From positions 1 to 64,000 of IMG/VR virus record IMGVR_UViG_3300021431_000087: a stretch of DNA of 64,000 nt. One strand, 5' to 3'. Position numbers and translations under genes: made by a program. The notes under the pieces were generated by a model, which searched no databases, was not told the origin of the DNA, and saw only the letters and a list, made by a program, of their open reading frames with translations. This document shows, in pieces, positions 28,401-36,774 of this stretch (positions within the stretch are counted from its first letter, which is position 1; each line of letters begins with the position of its first letter). Source of the DNA: a virus (Duplodnaviria; Caudoviricetes).

Positions 28401-31400
28401 TCCGGCCTTAGTGTCACCAAGCCCTAAAGAGTCCATAAGGTCAGGCAGTGCTTGTATATTAGCGTTTATCGTCTGTAAGCTGTTGGCGAACTCACCTACA
28501 CGCTGTCTTACGTTAGACAATGCCTCTCCCAGCTTTATACTTCGGCTTTCAACGTTCTTATCTGCCTCGCCTTTGTTCTCCGTAGCATTCTTCGCATCAC
28601 GCTCTGCTCCTGCAAGTTCAAAGAGTCCCTTTTCTACCTCCTTATATAATGGACTACCTTTTCCCCATGCCTTTTCTGCCGCAGAAAGGATAGCATTGGC
28701 TTTTGAAGTGTTGACATCACCGCCATAAACACCATTACCTCTCAAGATTGCCTTTAGGTTGGCTGTCTTAGTAGCCACCGTTGCTTGCGCTTCCGCAACC
28801 GCTTTAGCAGCATCCTCCTGCTGACGCAGGGCTTCCGCTTGCTCCCGTCTAAGCCTGGCCACCGTCGTTTCGTCAGGTATAAGAGCCCCCAACAGGCCTT
28901 TCTCCTGTTTGCGCTTCTCAACAATGGCATCATTGATCTTATCTATTCTCTCAGCTACAGTCTTGTATTCGTCAATGCCTAACTCTTTCGTGTCAAACAT
29001 TCCACGTAACAGTTCCTTCGCCTCATTAAGTTTCTCCAGACTAAGATTCTCCAGATCGTTGAAGATATCTTCGAGGTTCATTGCCCTTTCAGCCTGCTGT
29101 TTGTCATGCTGAGAGAGGACCTGATTCTTCTGACCGGCGAGTGCAAGACGTTCTCCCGCAGTCTGTGCCTTAGCTATCTTTTCGTCATACTCATGAGCAA
29201 TAGCCAGTCGCTGTTCTTCTGCCGTTCCGAACTCTTTAAGGTAGTTCGTCATAGCCTCACGCTCTGCTGCGTTGCGATCGTTTAAAATCTTCTGATAGTC
29301 TTGATTGTACTGCTGTTCTATCTGTTTTCTTTGTGTTCCGAACAACTCGAGTCCTTTTGCAACTTCTGGGTCAGCGAGGTCTTTGCCAGCCTTCGCTACA
29401 TTATCTTTGTACTCACTAATCCTATCTTCAAGCTCCGTTATCGACTTGTCGTAATTACGTTTCAGTTCTGCCACAGACTTGTCAAAGCCATCCTCCATTA
29501 GCGAAATCGTCATATCCGCAATAGACTCGGCATTCTCCTCCTCCATCTTACGCAGTGTCTCTAAAGCCCTCTTTTGTTCTTCAAGGGTCTTGTCTACTGC
29601 CGTACCACCTCTGGAACCTCCTCCTCCTTTTGGTCCTAATACTGGGTGGTTTTCCGTATTGTTCTTTAATCGGTCTTGTGCACCGATTGTCTCATTTATC
29701 TTTTGAGTGTATTTGTCAATCTGAGCGTTATTCGCTTCTATCGCCTTTGTGTTATTTTTTATGCCCTCTGTCGCCTCATTCCATTTCCCTATTAGATCTC
29801 TATTAACGCCTGGAGTCTTTAACGAAGGATAAGATGTCCCCGTTGTGTTGAAAGAAAAGGCTTGTGTCTGGTTTTGTATAACAGAGTTTCTAACAGATTT
29901 GTTGTACTCTCTTCTGTTCTCTTTCTGGAATTGTTTGTTCTTGTCTATAGAATCCTGTAAGTCGATATTCTGAGAGGTAAGCTCTTCTATCTTCTTCTGA
30001 TATGCTCTCGCCTGTGCTGCAGCCAATATGTCATTTGTTAGCTGATTGTACTTATCGGATGCCTGACCAACAAGTATAGCTTCATCTGTCAACTCACTGA
30101 AATATCCAGGATATGCCGAACGGATGGCATTAACAGCCTTCAGACGCTCTTCTTTCGACTTTGTTTCATCTGTAGCACGATCATAGAGTAATTTTAAGTT
30201 TACTCTTTCTGCGACAGAGTCTTTCTCGCCCTGAACAGCAGCGTCATGTAATTCCTTCTCTCTTTCGATACGTTCCTGCTCTGCCTTTGACAGCTCCTTC
30301 GTACGTGTCGTGTACAATGTAATAGCACCAATGGCTATTCCCAGTAAAGAGGCTATCCTGACATACGGATTCATGTTGGCTACCTTGTTAAACAAAGTCT
30401 GTGCTATCGTTGAAGCCTTAATAGCGAATGAATAACTTTCTTGCAAGCCAACCGTCACAGCCAATAAAGACTGTATTTTTGTCTGTATGGCAGCCATCGC
30501 CTCAGTGTCTCTATTAAATAAGCCTATGACACCTGTTGCCAAGCTGCCGACTCCCGCAATTCCCTGCAGCCCATCTTTCAAAGCCTTCAAAGAACCTCCC
30601 CGGGAGTTATAATCCATAAGAAGGTTAATCTTAGCCATATTCTCCTTTAGTTCGCTGGCTTTATTTACTGCCTCTGTAAACTCCGGAGTCCCCTCTTTCC
30701 CTGCGTCTATTAAACTATCAATTTCTTCTCTTGTCTTGCGTATCTGTACACGTATGCTCTCATGAGCTTCTGCTACCTTGTTTGCAGTTTGCTCCGCTTC
30801 TTGATGGCCATCCCTTATCCTTATTAGGGCTTCCTCTATATCGGCAAGATCCTTGATACTCCTTTCATAATTTGCATCAATCATGCCAGACCAAGGCTGA
30901 ACGAGATCGGCTGTTGATTCTACGCCTTTTAGACGCTCCATGATAATGTCTACACGCGCGAGGAGTTTATCAACAACAGGATCAGCAGACGACACACCAT
31001 CTATTACACTGCCAATATTTTCCCGCAATGACGTCAATTCCTCCATAAGAGACCTGGCATGCTTGACACCATCTTCCAAATCCTCCTGAGAAACTTTGCC
31101 GAATAAAGAGAAGCTTTTTCCTAACTCATCAACTGCGGTTATCTTAAGCCCTTGTTCTAAAGACCTACCCATTTCTTGATAAGCCTGACTTTGCCCTTTT
31201 GCTAAGGTTATATTCTCTCTAATGGCATTGCCTATCTCTTTAAATAGGTTTAAGGCATTCTCTCTCTGCGTCTGGTCTAACCCTTCTGTATTGACCTTTG
31301 AGAACTCTGACTCTGCTTCTTTTATTATTTTTTCAAGGCCCTCCAGCTCAGTAGCAAACCCATCGTAATATTCTTGAAGGTTTCGGCCTAACTTTCCTGC

Positions 31401-31760
31401 TCCCGAATCTATTTGTTTCTCACTTGATGCGATTTGCGAAAGCGCCGTTATTATTTTAGATATTTTCAAGGCTGCATCATCTCCTGTGCTTGCAATAGTC
31501 TGTATAGCCTCCGTTGCCCTTTGCCTAAAACTCTCTGCAGCACGTTCCGACAAACCGAATTTTTCTATTACAACATCAAAGAAACTCTGCATTCCTTTGC
31601 CAAGGTTCTTTCCGTCAAAGATACCATCCATCACGTTCTGCATATCACCACCCATTTTCTCCACCTGAGCAGCCATATTCCTGACACTATTAAGTATCGC
31701 ATTCGCAGACCTAATGAACGGGTCGTTCTCTAAAGATAATACAAACTCTATCCCTGGCAT
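25455..31760 (-). CDS. Tail tape measure protein
   Basis: 2101 aa, almost all helical/coiled coil, central hydrophobic segments, upstream of Dit/Tal. Confidence 0.9.
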   Translation of the reverse strand: MPGIEFVLSLENDPFIRSANAILNSVRNMAAQVEKMGGDMQNVMDGIFDGKNLGKGMQSFFDVVIEKFGLSERAAESFRQRATEAIQTIASTGDDAALKISKIITALSQIASSEKQIDSGAGKLGRNLQEYYDGFATELEGLEKIIKEAESEFSKVNTEGLDQTQRENALNLFKEIGNAIRENITLAKGQSQAYQEMGRSLEQGLKITAVDELGKSFSLFGKVSQEDLEDGVKHARSLMEELTSLRENIGSVIDGVSSADPVVDKLLARVDIIMERLKGVESTADLVQPWSGMIDANYERSIKDLADIEEALIRIRDGHQEAEQTANKVAEAHESIRVQIRKTREEIDSLIDAGKEGTPEFTEAVNKASELKENMAKINLLMDYNSRGGSLKALKDGLQGIAGVGSLATGVIGLFNRDTEAMAAIQTKIQSLLAVTVGLQESYSFAIKASTIAQTLFNKVANMNPYVRIASLLGIAIGAITLYTTRTKELSKAEQERIEREKELHDAAVQGEKDSVAERVNLKLLYDRATDETKSKEERLKAVNAIRSAYPGYFSELTDEAILVGQASDKYNQLTNDILAAAQARAYQKKIEELTSQNIDLQDSIDKNKQFQKENRREYNKSVRNSVIQNQTQAFSFNTTGTSYPSLKTPGVNRDLIGKWNEATEGIKNNTKAIEANNAQIDKYTQKINETIGAQDRLKNNTENHPVLGPKGGGGSRGGTAVDKTLEEQKRALETLRKMEEENAESIADMTISLMEDGFDKSVAELKRNYDKSITELEDRISEYKDNVAKAGKDLADPEVAKGLELFGTQRKQIEQQYNQDYQKILNDRNAAEREAMTNYLKEFGTAEEQRLAIAHEYDEKIAKAQTAGERLALAGQKNQVLSQHDKQQAERAMNLEDIFNDLENLSLEKLNEAKELLRGMFDTKELGIDEYKTVAERIDKINDAIVEKRKQEKGLLGALIPDETTVARLRREQAEALRQQEDAAKAVAEAQATVATKTANLKAILRGNGVYGGDVNTSKANAILSAAEKAWGKGSPLYKEVEKGLFELAGAERDAKNATENKGEADKNVESRSIKLGEALSNVRQRVGEFANSLQTINANIQALPDLMDSLGLGDTKAGQKVGQVASAASNAMGAMSDFASGNYIGAASKAINTMKDLSNVIGIGADNTAKMQKKIDDLNAHSDALAKAMSSLEKAFNNSYGIDAMNKAEDIQKLQEQRMRDYQNAMIAEGNKHGTWRSSLHSSVEDNSGWKEAMRQVSQLLGVTVKSSKDFLSLTAEQMQKIIELNNGELWAKILREYRVEGGSGGRSDQLANMLNEYVDEFGTAFEEIANNLSEKLTLTTKDNVLENFKNSLYDLADGSEEVMDNIATNWQQMINRMVINNLILKDFQGDIKKWYDDLAKVQEERNTGIITTDEEYQRKLEELRTQYENLVTGAQGQMKNFQEMGIIKTIDDAADKTTEDTLEYLDTIRSAFEQLVSDSETDMEAWGNNLRNSILQNLIQSKLLDEEFDKWSNGWAERYSKLMSDLTDGVISQTDYDRQLAELNAEFDKTTGEISEKSKQMWEAFGIDAEEAKDETKSAFEDLHSSFLSTLTDINGDVEAWSKNITKTMVEQLVERNILNDAFDQQMDAWRESFESALEANDTEGLIALRKELEDLRGSLAKQAQEYMNALGYVQDVVNDTTFKDMGGDFRSQLMNLDATAEDWAESVGRKMAEKIVDEMVSSTMIQPFLDELQKAFNAAMSVEGATVSSVLTALTPQIEAAKQAFEQAQPVVHDILAQLGITEKQELPFSDLRSTFVNTLMDMEADAETFGKEIGRTLIEQMIDTQLKNQFQNKLDELNNEWAKALQNGDSAAIENIRQQMVQMREDAARAVQPLLDDLKELEYVAEDTPLSGLRSSFLSDLMDMESSTEDFADNINKILTEAFVDKFVLGEGFDKMLNEWQERYRQIMDSDISESDRAAQLLDLKRVIGDARDNYTEQARAIQELMGITDTSALADQEAHVNMADKATYDQFELYLGIATAQQIALEQGNDVRKQILSTLQMMGGIASPNGNTVMEIRSMLRTTNEHLYAVKIATEGIRAEFLPRLQSIDNKLSKL

Positions 31761-31779
31761 AATGTTATCCTATTTTGTG

Positions 31780-31813
31780 CAAAATTATTAAAAAAGTATT
31801 TGGTTACCAAATA
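31780..31813 (-). promoter_or_regulatory. Promoter of the TMP operon with perfect 17-bp palindrome
   Basis: TATTTGGT-T-ACCAAATA at 31797-31813; minus strand TTTG-N20-TAATTTTG. Confidence 0.75.
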
Positions 31814-31908
31814 TTTTAATAAATTGTTTACACAAAAAATAATAATCACGGAAGAGATATGAAAAATTATTCTTATTTTTGTAAGGCAAACAAAAGAAAA
31901 GTAAAGAT

Positions 31909-32556
31909 ATGAGTGATGAAATCGGGTACGTCTATGTACTAAAGAACGAATGTATGCCGGGATTGATAAAGATAGGAATCACCGACAACATACAGGAGCG
32001 CATGAGGGTATTGAACAACACAAGCGTTCCCGTGCAGTTTGAGTCCGTCTATACATGTGTGGTCAAGAAAGCGGACATGAGAAAGATTGAGTCCGCACTC
32101 CACAAGGCATTTGCCCCAGACAGGGTGAACCCCAAAAGGGAGTTCTTCCGCATGGATGCGGACAGGGTGATACCGATACTCTCCATGTTCCAGTTGGAGA
32201 ACATCACGGATGAAATAAATATGGAACTCAACAAAGACCTTGACCCGCAGGAGCGTGTCGCCCTTGAGAAAGAAAAGGCAGAGTCACCAAAGAGAAGAGA
32301 GCCGTTCAACTTTCTCGCTTTGGGAATAAAGGAAGGCGAGCATCTTTATTGGAGGGACGACCCCCATATCTTCGCCACTGTCGCGACGGAAAAGAAGGTG
32401 GCGTACAATGGCGAACTGATGTCCCTTACTGCCGCCACAAGCAAAATAAAGGGGCTTTCCTACGGCGTTCAGCCCACTCCCTACTGGCTCTACAACGGTC
32501 GACCGCTGATAGACATCTATATGGAGCGCTACTCGCCCATCGACTGTGAATCGTAA
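31909..32556 (+). CDS. GIY-YIG (T5orf172/MUG113-type) nuclease fused to a RAMA-like C-terminal domain
   Basis: 'GYVYVL...IKIGIT...IQERM', 'ESALH', 'REFF'; C-terminal 'VAYNGELMSLTAAT...YWLYNG'; opposite strand, own TATTTTTG promoter. Confidence 0.75.
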   Translation: MSDEIGYVYVLKNECMPGLIKIGITDNIQERMRVLNNTSVPVQFESVYTCVVKKADMRKIESALHKAFAPDRVNPKREFFRMDADRVIPILSMFQLENITDEINMELNKDLDPQERVALEKEKAESPKRREPFNFLALGIKEGEHLYWRDDPHIFATVATEKKVAYNGELMSLTAATSKIKGLSYGVQPTPYWLYNGRPLIDIYMERYSPIDCES

Positions 32557-32578
32557 AAAGGATGGGGAAAGAGAGTCG

Positions 32579-32797
32579 CTATGCCCTTACCATGCAGTGT
32601 ATCGTTAAGTGATGCTTTAAGTTGCTGAAAAGCAACTCACCGTCCTCAAACAGCATAGTGCATTTACTTTTTCTTTCCGTATCGTTCAACCCCAAGGCAA
32701 AGAGCCATGCATTAAGATAGCGGATGTCGTAGCGTGTCATGTCATACAGGCATAGTATGTTGACACCGTCTTTCCCCATTTCAAGCATCGTACTCAT
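32579..32797 (-). CDS. Hypothetical protein
   Basis: Start ATG 32797 (MSTMLEMGKDG) is ATGA-coupled to the upstream gene. Confidence 0.6.
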   Translation of the reverse strand: MSTMLEMGKDGVNILCLYDMTRYDIRYLNAWLFALGLNDTERKSKCTMLFEDGELLFSNLKHHLTIHCMVRA

Positions 32798-33183
32798 AGG
32801 CATGGCTCTCCTAACAGTTGCACAGCTTTTCTCATAAGGTAGCCCGTAAGCCATGCCCCGTCCTCACTGCCGTATGGAACGTCATAATAGTCACATATGG
32901 CAATCATGGCATGATAGAGTACCTCGTGCGCCGTCGTATCCCACCACTGGTCGCCACCCGTAGCATTCCCTACGAACACAAGACTCATGCAGATGTCATC
33001 ACGGCTTACGCACATGCCACTATTCTTCTGGAAAAGCAGAACATCTATCGCCTCGTCAATCTTATCCCCTCGCATTCCGAAAGCTATCATAGCCTGACGC
33101 ATCTCATACTCGTCAAGCCTCCGTAGGTCGTGGCAGAGGATTATTCCCCAATAACCTTTTATGTCTATATAATCCGTCTTCAT
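32794..33183 (-). CDS. Hypothetical protein with HE-xxx-H motif (zincin-like?)
   Basis: 'TAHEVLYHA' followed by 'SEDGAWLTGYL'. Confidence 0.65.
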   Translation of the reverse strand: MKTDYIDIKGYWGIILCHDLRRLDEYEMRQAMIAFGMRGDKIDEAIDVLLFQKNSGMCVSRDDICMSLVFVGNATGGDQWWDTTAHEVLYHAMIAICDYYDVPYGSEDGAWLTGYLMRKAVQLLGEPCL

Positions 33184-33188
33184 AGGCT

Positions 33189-33584
33189 TTAGCAGAATCT
33201 TTCCCAGTGTAAGGCAACGCCTGCGTTCCTCATCTTCGCCACGAAACAGTCAAGCACGTTCTCCTTGCATCCGTCGGGGTCGAGAAGGGTCTCTTCCACG
33301 AAGATGGCTCGCTGCTCATCGGTCTCACACGTCTTAGGATAGTCGGCTTTCGCCATGTTGAACAAATACCAGGCTGTGTAGATATGCTCTTCGGGAATGG
33401 ATACCTTATACTCCTTCAAGGTATCAAGCGTATCTTCAAGCGGTACGGAAAGAAGTTTCTTCTTCTCACCATTCTCGTCCTTTACCATCATATGCCTTAT
33501 TGCAAAATCTGCAAGCCTCTTGGAAAAAGCGCCTTGGTAAAGGTCTTCATATATTGCCCTGTCCTCTGATATATATTGTTTCAT
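33189..33584 (-). CDS. Hypothetical protein of the CCC cassette
   Basis: 131 aa, 'FSKRLADFAI', 'YLFNMAKADY', 'DPDG'. Confidence 0.75.
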   Translation of the reverse strand: MKQYISEDRAIYEDLYQGAFSKRLADFAIRHMMVKDENGEKKKLLSVPLEDTLDTLKEYKVSIPEEHIYTAWYLFNMAKADYPKTCETDEQRAIFVEETLLDPDGCKENVLDCFVAKMRNAGVALHWERFC

Positions 33585-33653
33585 TTTCTTTTTTCTTTTT
33601 TGATATTCTATTTTAGGGGGTCGGAATATTCCACTACCCCGACCCCTTCATTA

Positions 33654-33869
33654 TTAGTAGCTGCGACGGCGGTAGTCCTCGGACTCCATTTCCTCCTCAC
33701 AGTCTTTCCAACCCTTCTCGTAGCCTTCCTTCCAGCTCTCCTCATCCTTGTAAGACGTGGTGCTTGTGCGGTAGCCGCCACGATAACGTCCGCTGTTTCG
33801 CATACGTGAGCGCATATATGAACGCATCTCACTCTTGCTGTCCTCGTTACTTTCCTTAATAATCAGCAT
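33654..33869 (-). CDS. Small highly charged Arg/Glu/Tyr/Gly-rich protein
   Basis: 71 aa low-complexity 'MRSYMRSRMRNSGRYRGGYR...YRRRSY'. Confidence 0.7.
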   Translation of the reverse strand: MLIIKESNEDSKSEMRSYMRSRMRNSGRYRGGYRTSTTSYKDEESWKEGYEKGWKDCEEEMESEDYRRRSY

Positions 33870-33893
33870 AGTCTTTGATGTTTTTTGTGGTTT

Positions 33894-34421
33894 CTATTTC
33901 TTGGATGGGGTAAAAAGCTCATTCAGCTTGCTAATGATGGTATCGAGCTTGCTGTCCGTAGCCGCCTGACGTTCCTCGAGGGACTTTATAGTCCTATCAC
34001 GCTGTTTCTCCTCGGCATAGCGGGGGTTCAGCGTTTCCATGAACCTCTCTCCCTCGGCGAGAACCATCTTGTTATAACTATCCCTTTCAAGCTCTGCCTT
34101 TGATGTCTGCATCATGGCATCCACCGCCTGCATCATTGCCTGCGGACTTCCTGAATAGGTGACATCACCTCGCGCGGCTATCTCCACGTTACATGGGATA
34201 TCGGGAATGACACGGTCATTGCCTCCCACGGTGGCAACGATCCTTACCAACTGTGGCTGCGCCCCCATGCCGTTCAGTGCTGTCGGAACTGCCTGAAACT
34301 GATACTGCGGCTGCTGGAGAATCTTCTCCTTGACCGTTCCTACCTCGAGAGTAGGTTTCTGACCCTCTCGCTTAGTGAGTATATAGAATGGGCTACCCTG
34401 CCCAAGACTGTTGAAATCCAT
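33894..34421 (-). CDS. Hypothetical coiled-coil protein of the CCC cassette
   Basis: Likely start ATG 34421 (MDFNSLGQGSPFY); C-terminal 'LNPRYAEEKQRDRTIKSLE' coiled coil. Confidence 0.75.
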   Translation of the reverse strand: MDFNSLGQGSPFYILTKREGQKPTLEVGTVKEKILQQPQYQFQAVPTALNGMGAQPQLVRIVATVGGNDRVIPDIPCNVEIAARGDVTYSGSPQAMMQAVDAMMQTSKAELERDSYNKMVLAEGERFMETLNPRYAEEKQRDRTIKSLEERQAATDSKLDTIISKLNELFTPSKK

Positions 34422-34453
34422 AGTTAAATACTTGTTTTTTAAATATTTTTTTG

Positions 34454-34560
34454 TAACTTTGCATCGGGAATAGTTCAGTTTGGCCACTGAATGACAAGAG
34501 GTAAGTCAACGCCTCTTTCCCGTTTTTCAATCGTTGACATTATTAAACATAAAGTTGACA
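34454..34560 (+). promoter_or_regulatory. HNH gene promoter and structured leader
   Basis: TAACTTTG 34454-34461; nested stems closed by CGGGAA/TTCCCG followed by T5; loop GTCAAC complementary to GTTGAC at 34533 and 34554. Confidence 0.6.
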
Positions 34561-35220
34561 ATGAAAAAAGAGGAATTTATCGAGTCTATAAGGCTCGAAG
34601 GAGAAGAGTGGAGAGATGTAGTTGGTTACGAAGATGACTACATGGTGTCGAATCTCGGTAGAATTGCAATGGTTAGAACCTTTTACGTCTATTCAAGGAA
34701 TGGTAGGAGCTTTACAAAACGATGTGTACCTCACATCTGTAGTACATCCATAGCACCAAGCACACCATATCGAAGAATGACGTTTGTAAAAAACGGGGAA
34801 AAGGAAACACAACTATTACATAGAATAATTGCGATGGCCTTCCTTCCTAATCCAGACGGTTTGCCATGTGTCGACCATATAGATGATAATCCTTCAAATT
34901 CAATAGCCTCGAATTTACAATGGTGTACATATAAAACCAACAATTCCAAAGAGCATCATCGCACAGCTACATCAGAATCAAAAAAGGGTGTTCCAGCTTA
35001 CAATAGAACTGCTATAGTCAAACTCTCTAAAGACATGGATTTAGTTAAAATCTATTCTTCGATGACACAAGCAGAACTTGAAGGCTTTTCTCATTCCGCT
35101 ATCCATAGAGTTGCTCATAACAAGCTAAAAACGCATGGCGGATTCAAATGGATGTATCTTTCCGATTACGAAAAACTCTTGTCAAATCAGTTGTCAAAGA
35201 ACGCTTCACCTAATGATTAG
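34561..35220 (+). CDS. NUMOD4-HNH-NUMOD1 homing endonuclease
   Basis: NUMOD4 'EEWRDVVGYEDDYMVSNLGRI', HNH 'HRIIAMAFLPNP...VDHIDDNPSNSIASNLQW', C-terminal 'IYSSMTQA...THGGFKW'; free-standing, antisense to the cassette. Confidence 0.9.
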   Translation: MKKEEFIESIRLEGEEWRDVVGYEDDYMVSNLGRIAMVRTFYVYSRNGRSFTKRCVPHICSTSIAPSTPYRRMTFVKNGEKETQLLHRIIAMAFLPNPDGLPCVDHIDDNPSNSIASNLQWCTYKTNNSKEHHRTATSESKKGVPAYNRTAIVKLSKDMDLVKIYSSMTQAELEGFSHSAIHRVAHNKLKTHGGFKWMYLSDYEKLLSNQLSKNASPND

Positions 35221-35295
35221 GTTCTGTAGTAAGGTCTTAAAGTTTTTTACCACCTTTTTGACCCATCTACTTTTGAGGTTATTACTTGCTTTTTC

Positions 35296-35634
35296 TCATA
35301 CCGTCGTACGTGACATTAGTTGAAGTATGCCATCGAAACGATTGTTGAAAACAAGGAATACTCCTGTTCCACCAGTCAAATCTGCAACCGTTGCTGGTGT
35401 TCCGTTAAACAGGGTCAGAGCCCTTGTCGTACCATTCAAGGTAAGAGTTATGGGCAGTGTACCCGTTGTTCCTGTAGGTATTGCGTCCGACAAACGGACG
35501 GTGAAATAGCCTACAGGCTGTATGCGACGAAACCCTAAAGCAATGTCAACAGAATCGGTCCCGACCGTAACATTTGTTGACGGTAAATAGGCAATTCCTC
35601 CTGCATTTGTAGTTATGTTGTTAAAACATGCCAT
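35296..35634 (-). CDS. Beta-rich hypothetical protein of the CCC cassette
   Basis: 112 aa, Thr/Gly/Val-rich, directly follows the CCC gene. Confidence 0.75.
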   Translation of the reverse strand: MACFNNITTNAGGIAYLPSTNVTVGTDSVDIALGFRRIQPVGYFTVRLSDAIPTGTTGTLPITLTLNGTTRALTLFNGTPATVADLTGGTGVFLVFNNRFDGILQLMSRTTV

Positions 35635-35655
35635 ACATTACCTCCTTTTGCCTAT

Positions 35656-36648
35656 TTAGAAAACAATGTTATTACCACCAAAGCCGTTCCAATTGCCATA
35701 GAAGCCTCCCACAAACGGAGTGGTGTTGACCACCGAAACCTGCGGGTACTCTACGTTAATGGTATTAGGAAGTTTGCACTTGATGTCATCCACTTCCTTT
35801 GCAAGACCTGCGAGCTGTGCGTTCAGTGGAGCGACAGCCTGCTGAACGACACCAGCGGTGAAGTTCTGCGATTTCAGTTGGGCGTTTTCTGCCGTGAGGG
35901 CGGTGATTTCCCTATCCTTACGGTTCGATTCAAGAGCGTCTATCTTGTTGTCGAGGGCGAGGAAGTTCCGGTTCATAGTATCGGTAAGTCCGTATGTTTG
36001 CTGACACATAGCCAACTGGTCGGAAGCCGCCTTTGATGCGATGGACTGCTGTACGCCTGCGAAGCCCTGCTGTGCTGCGACAGCGTTTGCGTTCAAGCCC
36101 TGCTGAAGCGCATTAGTCTGTTGGCACATAGCCAACTGATTCTGGCAGCAGCACTGCTGGAACTGAGCGCCAAGGCTTGCGTTTCCATTCTGGATGGCGT
36201 TAATGACCTGCAGGGCATTCATACCCTGATTTGCACTGATGGTATTCAAAGCATTCTGAATACCCTGAATCGAGGCGTTTACTAAATTGAAATCCTGCCC
36301 GAGCATGGTACTCAGCGTCTGTGTTGCCGTGCGGGAAGCCTCGCCTTGGTTGGTGATAGCCTGCATGATAAGTTCTCTACCCGTGTCATTGCTGATTTGA
36401 TTGGAGAGGAAACCTGCAGCACCGTTAACGCCACCATTACCGCCAAATCCGAACCCTCCGCCGTTGTTCCATCCGAAGATAGAAGCCACGATGGCGAGCG
36501 TGATAAGGCCTCCGATGTCATTGCCGAAACCATTACCTCCGAAGATGCCTCCGCCACCGAAGCCACCCACGGGGATAGAGAACGGAATGTTTCCGAATCC
36601 TGCATTTCCAGAATTGCTTTCCGGAATTTGATAAATTTCTGAAGCCAT
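35656..36648 (-). CDS. Gly/Asn/Gln-rich 'CCC' coiled-coil protein of unknown function
   Basis: 330 aa; GGF/GGNG-rich N-terminus with hydrophobic 'LITLAIVASIFGW', Q/N/A heptads, 'QQCCCQNQ', coiled coil, aromatic/Gly C-terminus. Confidence 0.8.
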   Translation of the reverse strand: MASEIYQIPESNSGNAGFGNIPFSIPVGGFGGGGIFGGNGFGNDIGGLITLAIVASIFGWNNGGGFGFGGNGGVNGAAGFLSNQISNDTGRELIMQAITNQGEASRTATQTLSTMLGQDFNLVNASIQGIQNALNTISANQGMNALQVINAIQNGNASLGAQFQQCCCQNQLAMCQQTNALQQGLNANAVAAQQGFAGVQQSIASKAASDQLAMCQQTYGLTDTMNRNFLALDNKIDALESNRKDREITALTAENAQLKSQNFTAGVVQQAVAPLNAQLAGLAKEVDDIKCKLPNTINVEYPQVSVVNTTPFVGGFYGNWNGFGGNNIVF

Positions 36649-36681
36649 AGTTTAGTTTTTGTGATGTTAATACATTAGTTC

Positions 36682-36774
36682 CTTGTCTTTGCGCATCGAC
36701 AAGGACAAAGATAGGCAGGAAATATATCAAAAAAAAGGATTTTCTTGTTTTCAGACTGCACAGACATTGCAGTC
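36682..36774 (-). promoter_or_regulatory. CCC-cassette promoter, leader hairpin and upstream palindrome
   Basis: Minus strand TATCTTTG (36713-36706), CCTTGTC/GACAAGG hairpin, GACTGCA-N7-TGCAGTC at 36754-36774. Confidence 0.6.
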
